Positions 48,604 to 58,063 of a stretch of 64,000 bases of DNA are shown here, one piece after another. Position numbers and translations under genes: made by a program. How positions within the stretch are numbered: the stretch's first letter is position 1; each line of letters opens with the position of its first letter. Under the pieces are notes generated by a model. The model ran no database searches and was not told the origin of the DNA. It worked only from the letters and a program-made list of their open reading frames with translations. Source of the stretch: an uncultured Candidatus Saccharibacteria bacterium (GTDB lineage: Bacteria > Patescibacteriota > Dojkabacteria > J137); NCBI GenBank assembly GCA_964620955.1, contig CAZUKH010000001.1, positions 124,593 to 188,592 on the forward strand, in the 5' to 3' direction.

Positions 48604-49890
48604 CTACTTTTTAAACACTCCCACAATCCATTTATGACTTTTTTGAGTGTGGTTTAGTTTTACAAGCTTAAATCCAGCTTTTTCTGCTCTACCTACGAGC
48701 TCATCTGCTGTAAAGAAATGATAAAACCGCTCAAGCTCTCCGTAGCTTTTCTGTTCTTTTTCAACAATTTCTCCTTCTCCTTCTCTCACGATTATGTAAA
48801 AGATACCACCATCTACTAATGCTTCATATGTTTTTTTAAAAAGCTCATCTTGATATTTACCCTCAACATGGTGAAAAGAATCTCGTGCCCATATGCCTTT
48901 AAACTTCTCTTTACCAAATGGTTGCTTGACCATATCGGCATGGATTATTTGAGTGTTAGGATTTTCAAATTGTGCAATTTGTGCAAACCTTTTAGATATC
49001 TCGATTCCAGTTACAGAATACTTCTCAGACAAAAAAGCAACATCAAGACCAGGCCCGCAGCCCAAATCTAATACTTTAGCTGGTGGGTTAATCATTTTTG
49101 CAAACTCTTCTAACTGCCCTCTTGAAGGCAATAGTCTGAACTTTTTTGAGTGATAGCTTTGGGCATGTGCATCATAGCTTGTTTTCGTTTTATTGGTGCG
49201 TTCTGACAATAAAAATGCAGCTTCATCTCCATTTGTTGATTTAAGTTGGGATCTATCTAATGTGAGCTCGTGATGTTCAAGAATAGTCATGATGTCTCTT
49301 GGTGTTTCAGCAAAATACAGTACCCCAAACTCTTTTTCGTCTATAAGCATATATTTTTGCATAGAAGATACTAGCTCTTTCCAAAAGTTACCAAACAGTA
49401 TTACTGGCTTATGTGCGCCGTAATATAATTTGGCCAAGGCCCAAACTAAGCCGAATTCTGAGATTGTCCCTGTACCTCCTTTACATACAACGTAGGCATC
49501 TCCCTTTTCAATAAGCCCAAATGTTCTGTTTATGTAATTTGACTGTGCATCTGTTTCATCTGCTATGTTTGCAAGATTTTTTCCTTCAAATACTGTTGCA
49601 AGTTTTGGTTCCCAATAAACTACTGCGGTTTTACCATTTACTGATTCTGCTCCGTCTGTTGCTGCTTTCATAAGCCCAGGCCCACCCCCATTAACAATGG
49701 TATAACCATTTTGTGCCAGTAGTTTTGCTGATTCGTAAACTATTTTATAAATTTCATTTTCTGCAGAAATTGCTGAATCACCAAAAAATGTAATGTTATT
49801 TATAAGCCTTTTTGGCTTGTGGCTAATTCCTTTATTAGACTTGAGTTTAATGGTTTTTGGCTTTAACGGCAGCTTTATATTTGTTGGCAT
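48604..49890 (-). CDS. Fusion: LOG-family (TIGR00730, cytokinin riboside 5'-monophosphate phosphoribohydrolase-like) Rossmann domain + class I SAM-dependent methyltransferase
   Basis: N-terminal: IVNGGGPGLMKAATDGA...CKGGTGTISEF (LOG motifs GGGxGLM / PGGxGT). C-terminal: VLDLGCGPGLDVAFL ... IIHADM (SAM-binding motifs I and post-I). Confidence 0.65.
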   Translation of the reverse strand: MPTNIKLPLKPKTIKLKSNKGISHKPKRLINNITFFGDSAISAENEIYKIVYESAKLLAQNGYTIVNGGGPGLMKAATDGAESVNGKTAVVYWEPKLATVFEGKNLANIADETDAQSNYINRTFGLIEKGDAYVVCKGGTGTISEFGLVWALAKLYYGAHKPVILFGNFWKELVSSMQKYMLIDEKEFGVLYFAETPRDIMTILEHHELTLDRSQLKSTNGDEAAFLLSERTNKTKTSYDAHAQSYHSKKFRLLPSRGQLEEFAKMINPPAKVLDLGCGPGLDVAFLSEKYSVTGIEISKRFAQIAQFENPNTQIIHADMVKQPFGKEKFKGIWARDSFHHVEGKYQDELFKKTYEALVDGGIFYIIVREGEGEIVEKEQKSYGELERFYHFFTADELVGRAEKAGFKLVKLNHTQKSHKWIVGVFKK

Positions 49891-50027
49891 AGAGTTAGTA
49901 TAAAGCTAAAAGCTAAAAGTTAAAAGCCAAAAGTTATGCACTATGTGACTTAACTAAAGAGTAAGTGATTGGACTTAGCGGACGCGGCTACTCCAAATAA
50001 AGAAAACATGTCTGTAATAACTTTTAC

Positions 50028-50681
50028 CTATTCTAAAGCAATTTCTAAAGCTTTTTTTGCTTTTCGTATATTAGTTGCTTTTGTAAAATAAGACCCAACA
50101 CTTACCCTATCTACCTTTTTTTTACGTATTAACTCAGCTGTAGTAGGGTTTACGCCTCCGTCAATACTAATCTTACCTTCAAACCCAATTTCTTTAAGCC
50201 ACTCTACTCTATCCAGCACCCAGGGTATAAATTTATTTCCTTGGGAACCTGGTTTTACCGTCATTAGTTGAATTTCGGAAAACTTTTCGTAGTAATCCAA
50301 ACTAAGTAAATCACTTTCAGGATTGATTGCAATATTTATTTTTAGCCCTTTTTTCATTAGTTGCTCTACCTCCAGTGTATCTGGTAGATACTCTTGGTGT
50401 ATAAGAAACTTTACCTGTGCTTTTCTTTTTATCTTTTCTTCTACCCCGTGCAGGTAAAACGTTGGCAAATCCACCATCAGGTGGATATTAAACTTATTTT
50501 CGTTGAACTGGTTGATTTTTTCGATTGCATAGTCGAGTCTGATTGTTCTTTTCCCCGGGAATTCGTCGCCTGCAGCGTTTATATCAATGTCAATTGTTTT
50601 AAAATGCTTATTAAACTTAGCTAAAAGTTTGTCAAACCGCTTTTCTTTATTTTCTAAGATTGCAGGACATATTTGAATCAT
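50028..50681 (-). CDS. rpe: Ribulose-phosphate 3-epimerase-like (RPE/ALSE TIM barrel)
   Basis: ICPAILE, HLMV, LMTVKPGSQGNKFIP (cf. MSVNPGFGGQxFIP), SIDGGVN, SVGSYF. Confidence 0.7.
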   Translation of the reverse strand: MIQICPAILENKEKRFDKLLAKFNKHFKTIDIDINAAGDEFPGKRTIRLDYAIEKINQFNENKFNIHLMVDLPTFYLHGVEEKIKRKAQVKFLIHQEYLPDTLEVEQLMKKGLKINIAINPESDLLSLDYYEKFSEIQLMTVKPGSQGNKFIPWVLDRVEWLKEIGFEGKISIDGGVNPTTAELIRKKKVDRVSVGSYFTKATNIRKAKKALEIALE

Positions 50682-50747
50682 GAAAAAAGAGTGTATTGAG
50701 ATTAGTATACTGCCAAAGTCGGAGATGTGCTAGGGGCTATGCAATTA

Positions 50748-51932
50748 TCATGGGTGGCGATTACTCCCAGAAGCAGGCTTAACTGGTCCAGGTATGACAT
50801 AGTCAATATACGGTGTAACATTCTGAAGATTGTTAAGATCGAATACCCTAAGAATGGAGTTCAAATTACCCGATTCGTCTGGACTATAAAATGCAACACA
50901 GGGCAAACCGTTTGCAACAAAAAAGTTGAGTGGAACCCTATCTAATGGAATTTGTCGAAACTGCCGGCTTTCGAAATAGTATAAGCCATAATCTGCGTTT
51001 GGATAGCCTCTATTTACTAGAGCTACTTCTTCGTTATCTATTGTTCCAATGCCAAATAGTCTGGGTTCTTCCCCAAGTACAGATATAGCCTCAACCGTAT
51101 TTCCTTCGGTGTCAATCATCAAAGCAGGTCCGCTTTGATCACTTTGACCATTGGGAATCACGAAAATATTTGTTTGCCCATTCAGCCAAACTGGAACCAG
51201 CGAATAATCTCGGCTTTGTCTGGCTCTATAAAAAACTTCTCTATTGGTTTCTAACTGCGGTATAGTAGACAAGATTACACCTTCACCATTGATTAATAGT
51301 ATTTTCGACCTAATTGGAGAATCACCCTCATCTACTTGAATAATAAAACTCCCCCTCCTTCCACCTAAAAGATTCCAATTGTTATACGGAGATGTATCTA
51401 TGGTAGTTAGGGTATAGCTGGGCCATTCAATATTAAATATACCTAGCTTTTGCTCGTCATCAGGTGAGCCCTCATAATACTCAGCGACAAAAACTGCCTC
51501 TCCCACATGGTAGATGTGACCCTGGTAAATATATTCGTTGATGTGTACAGTCCAAGGCATTAAAGTTAAGGGATTAACATTTACTATGTTTGTACCGTTG
51601 TTATAACTAATTATCCAATCTCCACCTTCGCTTACTCGCGGTGCTATCCATGATTCATCACGAATTCCTGTAAGTGAAATTGAATTCATAACGGAGGGAT
51701 ACCATAAGGCCAACACGTGTGACCGTTCACTAGAGGGGCCTGCTGGTGGCTGCGGGTAAGTCACGAGAACTGGTGACTGAGACCCTCCCTGTGTTATTGC
51801 ACAAATTGTAATAGTAAATCCCCCAAACAAAGCTACTGCAACTTTGAAAAGCCTTGAGTTTCCCAGGAATGGACTCTCTTCATTTAGTGCTCTTAGTGGA
51901 TTTTCTTGAGGTGCTTGGCTGGATTGATCCAT
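50748..51932 (-). CDS. Hypothetical membrane-anchored extracytoplasmic protein
   Basis: Start set at the internal MDQSSQAP (51932), ahead of TM LFKVAVALFGGFTITICAI. A strong promoter lies inside the longer ORF version (to 52046). Confidence 0.5.
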   Translation of the reverse strand: MDQSSQAPQENPLRALNEESPFLGNSRLFKVAVALFGGFTITICAITQGGSQSPVLVTYPQPPAGPSSERSHVLALWYPSVMNSISLTGIRDESWIAPRVSEGGDWIISYNNGTNIVNVNPLTLMPWTVHINEYIYQGHIYHVGEAVFVAEYYEGSPDDEQKLGIFNIEWPSYTLTTIDTSPYNNWNLLGGRRGSFIIQVDEGDSPIRSKILLINGEGVILSTIPQLETNREVFYRARQSRDYSLVPVWLNGQTNIFVIPNGQSDQSGPALMIDTEGNTVEAISVLGEEPRLFGIGTIDNEEVALVNRGYPNADYGLYYFESRQFRQIPLDRVPLNFFVANGLPCVAFYSPDESGNLNSILRVFDLNNLQNVTPYIDYVIPGPVKPASGSNRHP

Positions 51933-52002
51933 TATCTTAGACTTGATTATTTGCCCAAAATAGCGACTACTGTTCGCCTTGAACCATTTGAATACTGTTG
52001 TA

Positions 52003-52030
52003 ATTTTAACACATCTTAACAATTTGTCAA
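52003..52030 (-). promoter_or_regulatory. Sigma-70 promoter on the minus strand: TTGACA-16-(TGt)TAAAAT, immediately downstream of the def stop
   Basis: Read on the minus strand: ttgaca aattgttaagatgtgt taaaat, with extended -10 TG. Positions the TSS about 60 nt upstream of ATG 51932. Confidence 0.5.
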
Positions 52031-52047
52031 CAGCCCTTAGCAGCACT

Positions 52048-52611
52048 CTACTCTACCTCGGGGAATTTATTATTTTTTTCTAAATACCTATCTAACTCTT
52101 CCTCATTCCAAATGTTTTTAGGATTTTGAATATAACTTAAAAAAAGAACACCATCAAGATGATCTTGTTCATGTTGTAGCAAATGAGACCCAAAGCCTTC
52201 CCATTCTAAGTATTTTTTATTGCCTTCTTTATCTTGGTACTCTACTTTAACTGACCTAGGTCGCGATACGGGCCCGAATAACCTTAGTTTACCAGCACTT
52301 ATTGACATACACCCCTCCCACTCTATTGCTGTTTCCCGTGAAACTTTTAGAATTTTAGGGTTAATTAAAGTAATCATTTTGTAAGCAGCCGATGCCGAAT
52401 CCTGTGTAAGATCTTTGACAACATAAACACGTTTTAGTACTCCTAGTTGTACTGCCGAAAGACCAGCTGCAGCCTGTTTATTAGCAACTAAAGTGTCTTC
52501 CAAGTTTTTGATCAATACTTGAATCCTTCCTGAAGAGATTTCACCCGTATCAACCTTTTCTGAGGCTTCCAGTAGCCTTTTATCTCCTATTTGAATAATA
52601 TCTTTTACCAT
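52048..52611 (-). CDS. def: Peptide deformylase
   Basis: GLSAVQLGV (motif 1), EGCMSI (motif 2), HEQDHLDG (motif 3). Confidence 0.9.
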   Translation of the reverse strand: MVKDIIQIGDKRLLEASEKVDTGEISSGRIQVLIKNLEDTLVANKQAAAGLSAVQLGVLKRVYVVKDLTQDSASAAYKMITLINPKILKVSRETAIEWEGCMSISAGKLRLFGPVSRPRSVKVEYQDKEGNKKYLEWEGFGSHLLQHEQDHLDGVLFLSYIQNPKNIWNEEELDRYLEKNNKFPEVE

Positions 52612-52653
52612 GTTTCACGTGAAAAGTTAAGAATACTCACACTTCTATTTACC

Positions 52654-52680
52654 TTGACAAGGTAACAATAATCGTAAAAT
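52654..52680 (+). promoter_or_regulatory. Candidate promoter TTGACA-15-TAAAAT in the def/hup divergent intergenic region
   Basis: Seen in sequence. Spacer suboptimal (15 nt). About 320 nt upstream of hup. Confidence 0.25.
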
Positions 52681-52996
52681 TTGTACACCTTGACGATATT
52701 ATTATAACACGTTTAAAGAGATAGTCGGTACTATAAGACTATATAAAGGATTAACATATAAATCGTCCCGCAGCTTTACCTGCTAAGGTATTTTAAACTT
52801 GCTTTACCAAAATCTGTATTCTAACTATATAAGTTAAAATGGCTGAGTTAACAGCCTTATATTTGAACATCAAACATTTTTCAAGCAGGGTAAAGTTATT
52901 GACTTATTGGTGCAATATACATAAACTAAAAGTACTTATCAATCAACTGGATCCAGATAGATAAGTATTAATTTTATTTATTACCTAAGTTTTGTT

Positions 52997-53269
52997 ATGA
53001 ATAAGTCAGACTTAGTAGACTATATTGCAAACAAGACTGGTCTTACCAAGAAAGATGCAGCTAATGCTCTAAACGCAATGGTAGACGCAGTTGTTGTTAC
53101 AGTTAAGTCAAACAAAGCAGTAACCTTAACAAACTTCGGTACCTTCCTTTCTGTAAAGAGAGCAGCAACAACCAAGAGGAATCCAAAGACTGGAGCTCCT
53201 GTACAGGTTCCTGCTAAGAATGTACCAAGATTCAGACCAGGTAAAGCATTTAAAGATGCTGTAGCTTAA
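52997..53269 (+). CDS. hup: DNA-binding protein HU
   Basis: MNKSDLVDYIANKTGLTKKDA...FGTF...RNPKTGAPVQVPAKNVPRFRPGKAFKDAV. Canonical HU. Confidence 0.95.
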   Translation: MNKSDLVDYIANKTGLTKKDAANALNAMVDAVVVTVKSNKAVTLTNFGTFLSVKRAATTKRNPKTGAPVQVPAKNVPRFRPGKAFKDAVA

Positions 53270-53284
53270 GAATTTTCAAAAAGA

Positions 53285-53316
53285 AAGTAGGGGCTTCGGC
53301 TCCTACTTTTTGTTTT
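53285..53316. terminator. Bidirectional rho-independent terminator between convergent hup and recJ
   Basis: AAGTAGGGGC-TTCG-GCTCCTACTT (10-bp stem with one G.U, UUCG tetraloop), followed by TTTTTGTTTT on the + strand and T-rich on the - strand. Confidence 0.8.
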
Positions 53317-55009
53317 AAAATTTATTGGTACCAAAATCTATAAGACGTAAAGAAATATTTTCGTATCCATTCCACTCATCAATTTCAATATTGACTGCTA
53401 TTTGTAAAGGTGAGTTTGCATCAACTTCTTCAAGCTTATGCGCCATATTAAATCCAATAACCTTTGCTATTCCTGACCCAACTTTAGCACTGGCGGAAAT
53501 GTGATTGGTCTCTTTTCCAACTTTTTTTATATTTGTAAGTTGAATATTGTCTAGTGCAAAACTAGGGGTAGCGTTCTCCAACCCAAAAGGTGCCATGCCT
53601 TGAAGTGACCTGGCTAACGATAAACTAACTTCATTAGGGTAGAGTAGAGCATCAATTCTAAGGACCTTTTCAACCATTTGCGGATTTATATTTGAATTTG
53701 CATGTGAAACAATTTGTTTTAAGAAGTTGGTTAAATGAACCTGTGAAAGAGTAAAGCCTGCAGCTTGTGCATGCCCTCCAAACCTTTGTAGATATGAAGC
53801 CCCGTGCTTTAGAGCATCCGCAATATTATATCCCCTGATGCTTCTTGCTGACCCTTTTAAAACACCATTTTTTAGTGATGCTGCTAAAACTGGTTTGTTA
53901 ATTTCCTGACAAAGCTTTCCTGCAATTAAGCCAACAACACCTTCCGGCCAATCACCCCCATAAACAAATAACAAATTATTGTTTGCTTGTTTTTCAATTT
54001 GCTTAAGGGCTTTTTCGTAGTACACCTGGGTAAGACGCTGTCTTTCTTGGTTTAGCGAATGCAGTTTAGAGGCATACTTTGTCGCCTCTTTTTCTGAATC
54101 AGTACACAATAGCCTAACAGAATCCATTGCGTGACCAAGCCTGCCCGCTGCATTTATTCTTGGACCTAATACGTATCCTAGGTGATAAGTATCAATTTTA
54201 GAAAGATTGACCTCACATATTTTGCATAGCGCTTTTAAACCCTCATTTTGTGTAGATTTAAGCCTGTTTAATCCTAGTGCTACATAAGTACGATTTTCTT
54301 CTATTAATGGCATAATGTCACAAACAGTTGCAAGAGAAACTAAGTCAAGATATTTGTTTGTATCTACACCATATTCTCCAATAATATTTATTGCACTACA
54401 TAACTTCCATGCCACCGCCGCTCCGCATATTTCACTAAAACTTTGATTATTAAGTTTTGGATGAACAACAGCTTTAGCTCCTTTAGGAACAAAATGCCCA
54501 GAAATATTAACCCCTTTTAAGTCTTGATTATTTTCACCAGCTAAGGTGACTGTATGGTGATCAGTTATTATAAAATCAACTTTTTCTTTGTAGTTGTGTA
54601 CGATTTCTAAATCTTTAATTCCGCAATCTACTGTTATTACAACTTCACCACCTTGTTTAACAATTGAGTCAAGTGATGCTTTACTTAACCCGTAACCTTC
54701 GTCAAATCTGCTTGGGATATAGGGTAGAGTAGAGTGATAGCCTAAATCATTGTAAAGAAATCTCCAAAGAATACTTGTTGCTGTTACACCGTCCACATCA
54801 AAATCACCGTGAATAAAAATCTTTTTTTTATTTTTTATGCTTTCAATAATAAACTTTGCAGCTGATTGCACGTCAAATAGTTCTAAGGGGTTTGGTAAAT
54901 GATCTTCTTTTGGTGACAAAAACCTTGATTTATCTTGTATAGATCTTGATTTAAGTATGTAGTTTATTACATCGTCACCAGAGTACTTATTGGGAATTAT
55001 CCATTTCAT
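53315..55009 (-). CDS. recJ: Single-stranded-DNA-specific exonuclease RecJ
   Basis: DHH-family motifs: HGDFDVDGVTATSIL, ITDHH, GGHAQAAG (DHHA1). Confidence 0.9.
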   Translation of the reverse strand: MKWIIPNKYSGDDVINYILKSRSIQDKSRFLSPKEDHLPNPLELFDVQSAAKFIIESIKNKKKIFIHGDFDVDGVTATSILWRFLYNDLGYHSTLPYIPSRFDEGYGLSKASLDSIVKQGGEVVITVDCGIKDLEIVHNYKEKVDFIITDHHTVTLAGENNQDLKGVNISGHFVPKGAKAVVHPKLNNQSFSEICGAAVAWKLCSAINIIGEYGVDTNKYLDLVSLATVCDIMPLIEENRTYVALGLNRLKSTQNEGLKALCKICEVNLSKIDTYHLGYVLGPRINAAGRLGHAMDSVRLLCTDSEKEATKYASKLHSLNQERQRLTQVYYEKALKQIEKQANNNLLFVYGGDWPEGVVGLIAGKLCQEINKPVLAASLKNGVLKGSARSIRGYNIADALKHGASYLQRFGGHAQAAGFTLSQVHLTNFLKQIVSHANSNINPQMVEKVLRIDALLYPNEVSLSLARSLQGMAPFGLENATPSFALDNIQLTNIKKVGKETNHISASAKVGSGIAKVIGFNMAHKLEEVDANSPLQIAVNIEIDEWNGYENISLRLIDFGTNKF

Positions 55010-55048
55010 AGAGAGATTATAGCAGATTCGCTTACCAAAGCAGTAAAA

Positions 55049-55768
55049 TTAGTCTTTTTTATACCATTTTACAAACTTACGAAATCCTATCATGGTAAGG
55101 AAAGATGCTAGCAATATTAGTGCTGCGATTTTTCCTACGTCAATTACAGTTGTAAGCGTTTTCTGTTGGTTATACTCTGGTGTTAAAGGTAGGACTTCTT
55201 GATTAATATTCGAAGCATAATTTTTTCTTACAGTTGCTATAGCGTTACTATCTACACCAAATACTTCTGCCCGCCCAAATACTTCAGTTACGCCGTAAGA
55301 CTGCCCCTCAATAGGTTTTAATGGCCTCACTTCTAAAGGAAGTACATATGTTTGACCTGCTTGAATAGAGAAAACTCTTTCCTGCTGTGATTTGTTTACG
55401 TATTCTGAATCTCCTGTTATTGTCCAGGTGGCTCTTACTCTGTCCGAATTTACGTTGGCCTGTAAAATCATTTCAAATTTAATTATTTTTGATGATGGAT
55501 CCTGGGTGTATTGTTTAAACTCTGCTCTAAGAAGCTGAGTATCGTTAATAACTGGTTCAGAATTTGTTGTTTGCAAGTTTTCAGCTGAATCTTCAACGAG
55601 AGGATCTTCTTTATCTGTGCCTTCTTGGGTAGAATCTTGCTCGCTTGGTTGGCTACCGTTTATAGTTATTTTATTTTGTGCAAAGATTTTCGAGCTTAAT
55701 GGCAAGCTAACAAAAAAAATAGCGCAACTAATACTAATGACTATTTTTATAAAGGAAATGATTTTCAT
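55049..55768 (-). CDS. Hypothetical secreted protein with C-terminal TM anchor
   Basis: N-terminal signal/TM (IISFIKIVISISCAIFFVSLPLSS), acidic/T-rich linker, C-terminal TM (IAALILLASFLTMIGF) followed by a basic tail. Confidence 0.45.
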   Translation of the reverse strand: MKIISFIKIVISISCAIFFVSLPLSSKIFAQNKITINGSQPSEQDSTQEGTDKEDPLVEDSAENLQTTNSEPVINDTQLLRAEFKQYTQDPSSKIIKFEMILQANVNSDRVRATWTITGDSEYVNKSQQERVFSIQAGQTYVLPLEVRPLKPIEGQSYGVTEVFGRAEVFGVDSNAIATVRKNYASNINQEVLPLTPEYNQQKTLTTVIDVGKIAALILLASFLTMIGFRKFVKWYKKD

Positions 55769-55900
55769 GCGTTAAATTCCGTTAGATTAATATCTTTTAA
55801 ACTATTTTACGTCCAAAATCAGCATAAAACAAACTGGCAGAGCTAGGTATTGTCTGCTAAAATATATTGTAACTTTATATTAAATATTAAGAATTAAACT

Positions 55901-56578
55901 ATGATTTTTGACCCATTATATTTAGTTTTGGCTCTTCCAGGCCTTGCAATTGGAATTGTTGCCCAGGTTTTATTATGGATATCATTTAACAGATATTCAA
56001 GAATAAGTGCCGGTTCTAATCATACAGGAATGCAGGCTGCCGAGCTAATAAATGAGAAAGAAGGCTTTGGAGTGAGTTTTATAACTACACCTGGTTCACT
56101 TAATGATTACTATAACCCGTTAACTCATCAAGTTAACGTTTCTCAAGATAATGCAGTAAATGATTCTGTCGCAAACATTGCCGTAGTCGCACACGAATTT
56201 GGCCATGTACAGCAAAAACAAACAGGTAGTACTTTGTTTAAAATAAGAACAGTTATGGTGCCTGCTGTTAATATTGGCTCAACACTGGGTTTTTTACTAA
56301 TAGTTCTTGGGCTTGCAATTGCAGCAACCGGACTTGCTTGGGCAGGTATTTTACTTTTCTCACTTACTACTGTTTTTTCTTTATTAACATTGCCTATAGA
56401 AGTTGATGCAAGTAAAAGGGGAATGGAAATTATTAAAAAATATAACTTAATTGCTGAGTCTAAGATGGGGGGAGCAAAGATTGTTTTAAGTGCAGCAGCA
56501 CTTACATACTTTGCTAGCCTTGTTGCTTCTATTGGTCAGCTATTGTACTTTGTTATGCTAGTACAAAGGAGAGATTAA
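55901..56578 (+). CDS. Membrane zinc metallopeptidase (YugP/Zn_peptidase_2 family)
   Basis: HEFGHVQQ (HExxH) between N- and C-terminal TM helices. About 225 aa, typical of the family. Confidence 0.7.
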   Translation: MIFDPLYLVLALPGLAIGIVAQVLLWISFNRYSRISAGSNHTGMQAAELINEKEGFGVSFITTPGSLNDYYNPLTHQVNVSQDNAVNDSVANIAVVAHEFGHVQQKQTGSTLFKIRTVMVPAVNIGSTLGFLLIVLGLAIAATGLAWAGILLFSLTTVFSLLTLPIEVDASKRGMEIIKKYNLIAESKMGGAKIVLSAAALTYFASLVASIGQLLYFVMLVQRRD

Positions 56579-56708
56579 ATAGGTAAAAAGTAAAAGCTAA
56601 AAGCTAAAAAGGACGAGGGAATAGGTAAAAAGGATAGATAAACGAAGAGCTAAAAAGGAAAAGCGAAAAATAAGGCAGCAGGCAGGGACCTGAAGTAATA
56701 AGATTCTT

Positions 56709-56737
56709 TAGACAACTGCTTGCCCCTTGCGTATAAT
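56709..56737 (+). promoter_or_regulatory. Sigma-70 promoter TAGACA-17-TATAAT upstream of hisS
   Basis: tagaca actgcttgccccttgcg tataat. About 30 nt upstream of the hisS ATG. Confidence 0.45.
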
Positions 56738-56766
56738 GCTTTAAGTATTCGTATCCTTGCTAAATA

Positions 56767-58050
56767 ATGAAACTACAAAACTTACCTATAAAAGGTACTT
56801 CAGATTGGATGCCAAAAGAATTCGAAAAAAGAAAATATATCTTTGATGTTTGGCGCAAAACCTGTTTACAATTTGGCTATCAAGAGTATTTAACACCTTT
56901 GCTGGAGCCTGCGGAAATCTACCGCGCAAAATCAGGGGAAGATGTAGGCGGGCAAGAACTAACAACACTTGTCGATAGAGCAGGCCATGAGCTTGCGATA
57001 AGACCAGAAATGACACCTTCTGTTACACGAATGCTAAGCCGGTTTTATGGCGAGCTGACTAAGCCTGTTAGGCTTTTTTCTATTGCTAATTTTTTTCGCA
57101 ATGAAAAACCTCAAAAAGGCCGGAATAGAGAGTTTTGGCAACTAAATTTTGATATTTTTGGAAGTAATGCGTTGTCTTCTGATCTTGAAGTTCTTCAAAT
57201 CGCTATTGAAATTATGCGATCGTTTGGCGCAACTAAAGATATGTTTAAAGTTTACTTAAATAACAGAAAATTTATAGAATTTTTTATTAAAGACTACTTA
57301 AAAGTGCCAAACGATCGCATACAAGAGGCAGCAAGAACTTTAGACCGCTTCCCAAAAATGCCTAGCATAGAATTTATATCACAACTTGAAGCTATTGGGG
57401 TGAGTTTTCCTGATGGAAAAGACTTTTTTATTGAGCTTATGAGCAGGAATGAAGAAAGCGCTAAAAAAATCTTTGAAGATGCCAAAGAAAACGATGGAGT
57501 TAAACAAATCATAAGCTTGTTAGACCAAGTTAACAAACTAGGACTCTCGGATTTCATTGACTGGAACCCTGCAGTAATTAGAGGTTTTGATTATTACGAC
57601 AGAATGGTTTTTGAAGTGTTTGATAAAAACCCGGATAACAGCCGTGCATTATTTGGGGGTGGCCGGTACAATGGACTTGCAGGTATTTTTGACAAAGAAG
57701 CTTTTCCTGCAGTGGGTTGTGCTCCCGGTGACGAAACTACTAAAATCTTTTTAGATACATGGAATTTGTGGCCTAAAAACCTATCTCCTGAGATTGTTTT
57801 TTTGCCTATACTAGATAATAACCTGGAATTAGAAAGCAGAAATCTTGCAGCAAAGCTTAGAAACATGGGGCAAAATGTGCTTTTGGGACTAGAAACTGTA
57901 AAACTCACTAAAGCCCTTGAAATTGCTAACAAAAACTCTTACTCTAAAACTGTAATATTTGGCGAGTATGAAAAAAGAGATGGGGTTTATAAAGTAAAAG
58001 ACATGTTAACAGGCGAAGAAACTTCACTTAACCTGCCTTCAAATGTTTGA
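56767..58050 (+). CDS. hisS: Histidyl-tRNA synthetase
   Basis: Class II motif 2 FRNEKPQKGRNREFWQLNFDIFG. HisRS-specific GGRYNGL-like motif. C-terminal anticodon-binding domain. Confidence 0.9.
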   Translation: MKLQNLPIKGTSDWMPKEFEKRKYIFDVWRKTCLQFGYQEYLTPLLEPAEIYRAKSGEDVGGQELTTLVDRAGHELAIRPEMTPSVTRMLSRFYGELTKPVRLFSIANFFRNEKPQKGRNREFWQLNFDIFGSNALSSDLEVLQIAIEIMRSFGATKDMFKVYLNNRKFIEFFIKDYLKVPNDRIQEAARTLDRFPKMPSIEFISQLEAIGVSFPDGKDFFIELMSRNEESAKKIFEDAKENDGVKQIISLLDQVNKLGLSDFIDWNPAVIRGFDYYDRMVFEVFDKNPDNSRALFGGGRYNGLAGIFDKEAFPAVGCAPGDETTKIFLDTWNLWPKNLSPEIVFLPILDNNLELESRNLAAKLRNMGQNVLLGLETVKLTKALEIANKNSYSKTVIFGEYEKRDGVYKVKDMLTGEETSLNLPSNV

Positions 58051-58063
58051 TAGACTGCAATAG

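Noticed and set aside
50748-52046. Longer version of the hypothetical ORF starting at 52046
   Set aside because: A strong TTGACA-16-TGnTAAAAT promoter on the same strand lies inside its first 15 codons. The internal Met at 51932 precedes the TM helix, so the shorter gene is preferred.
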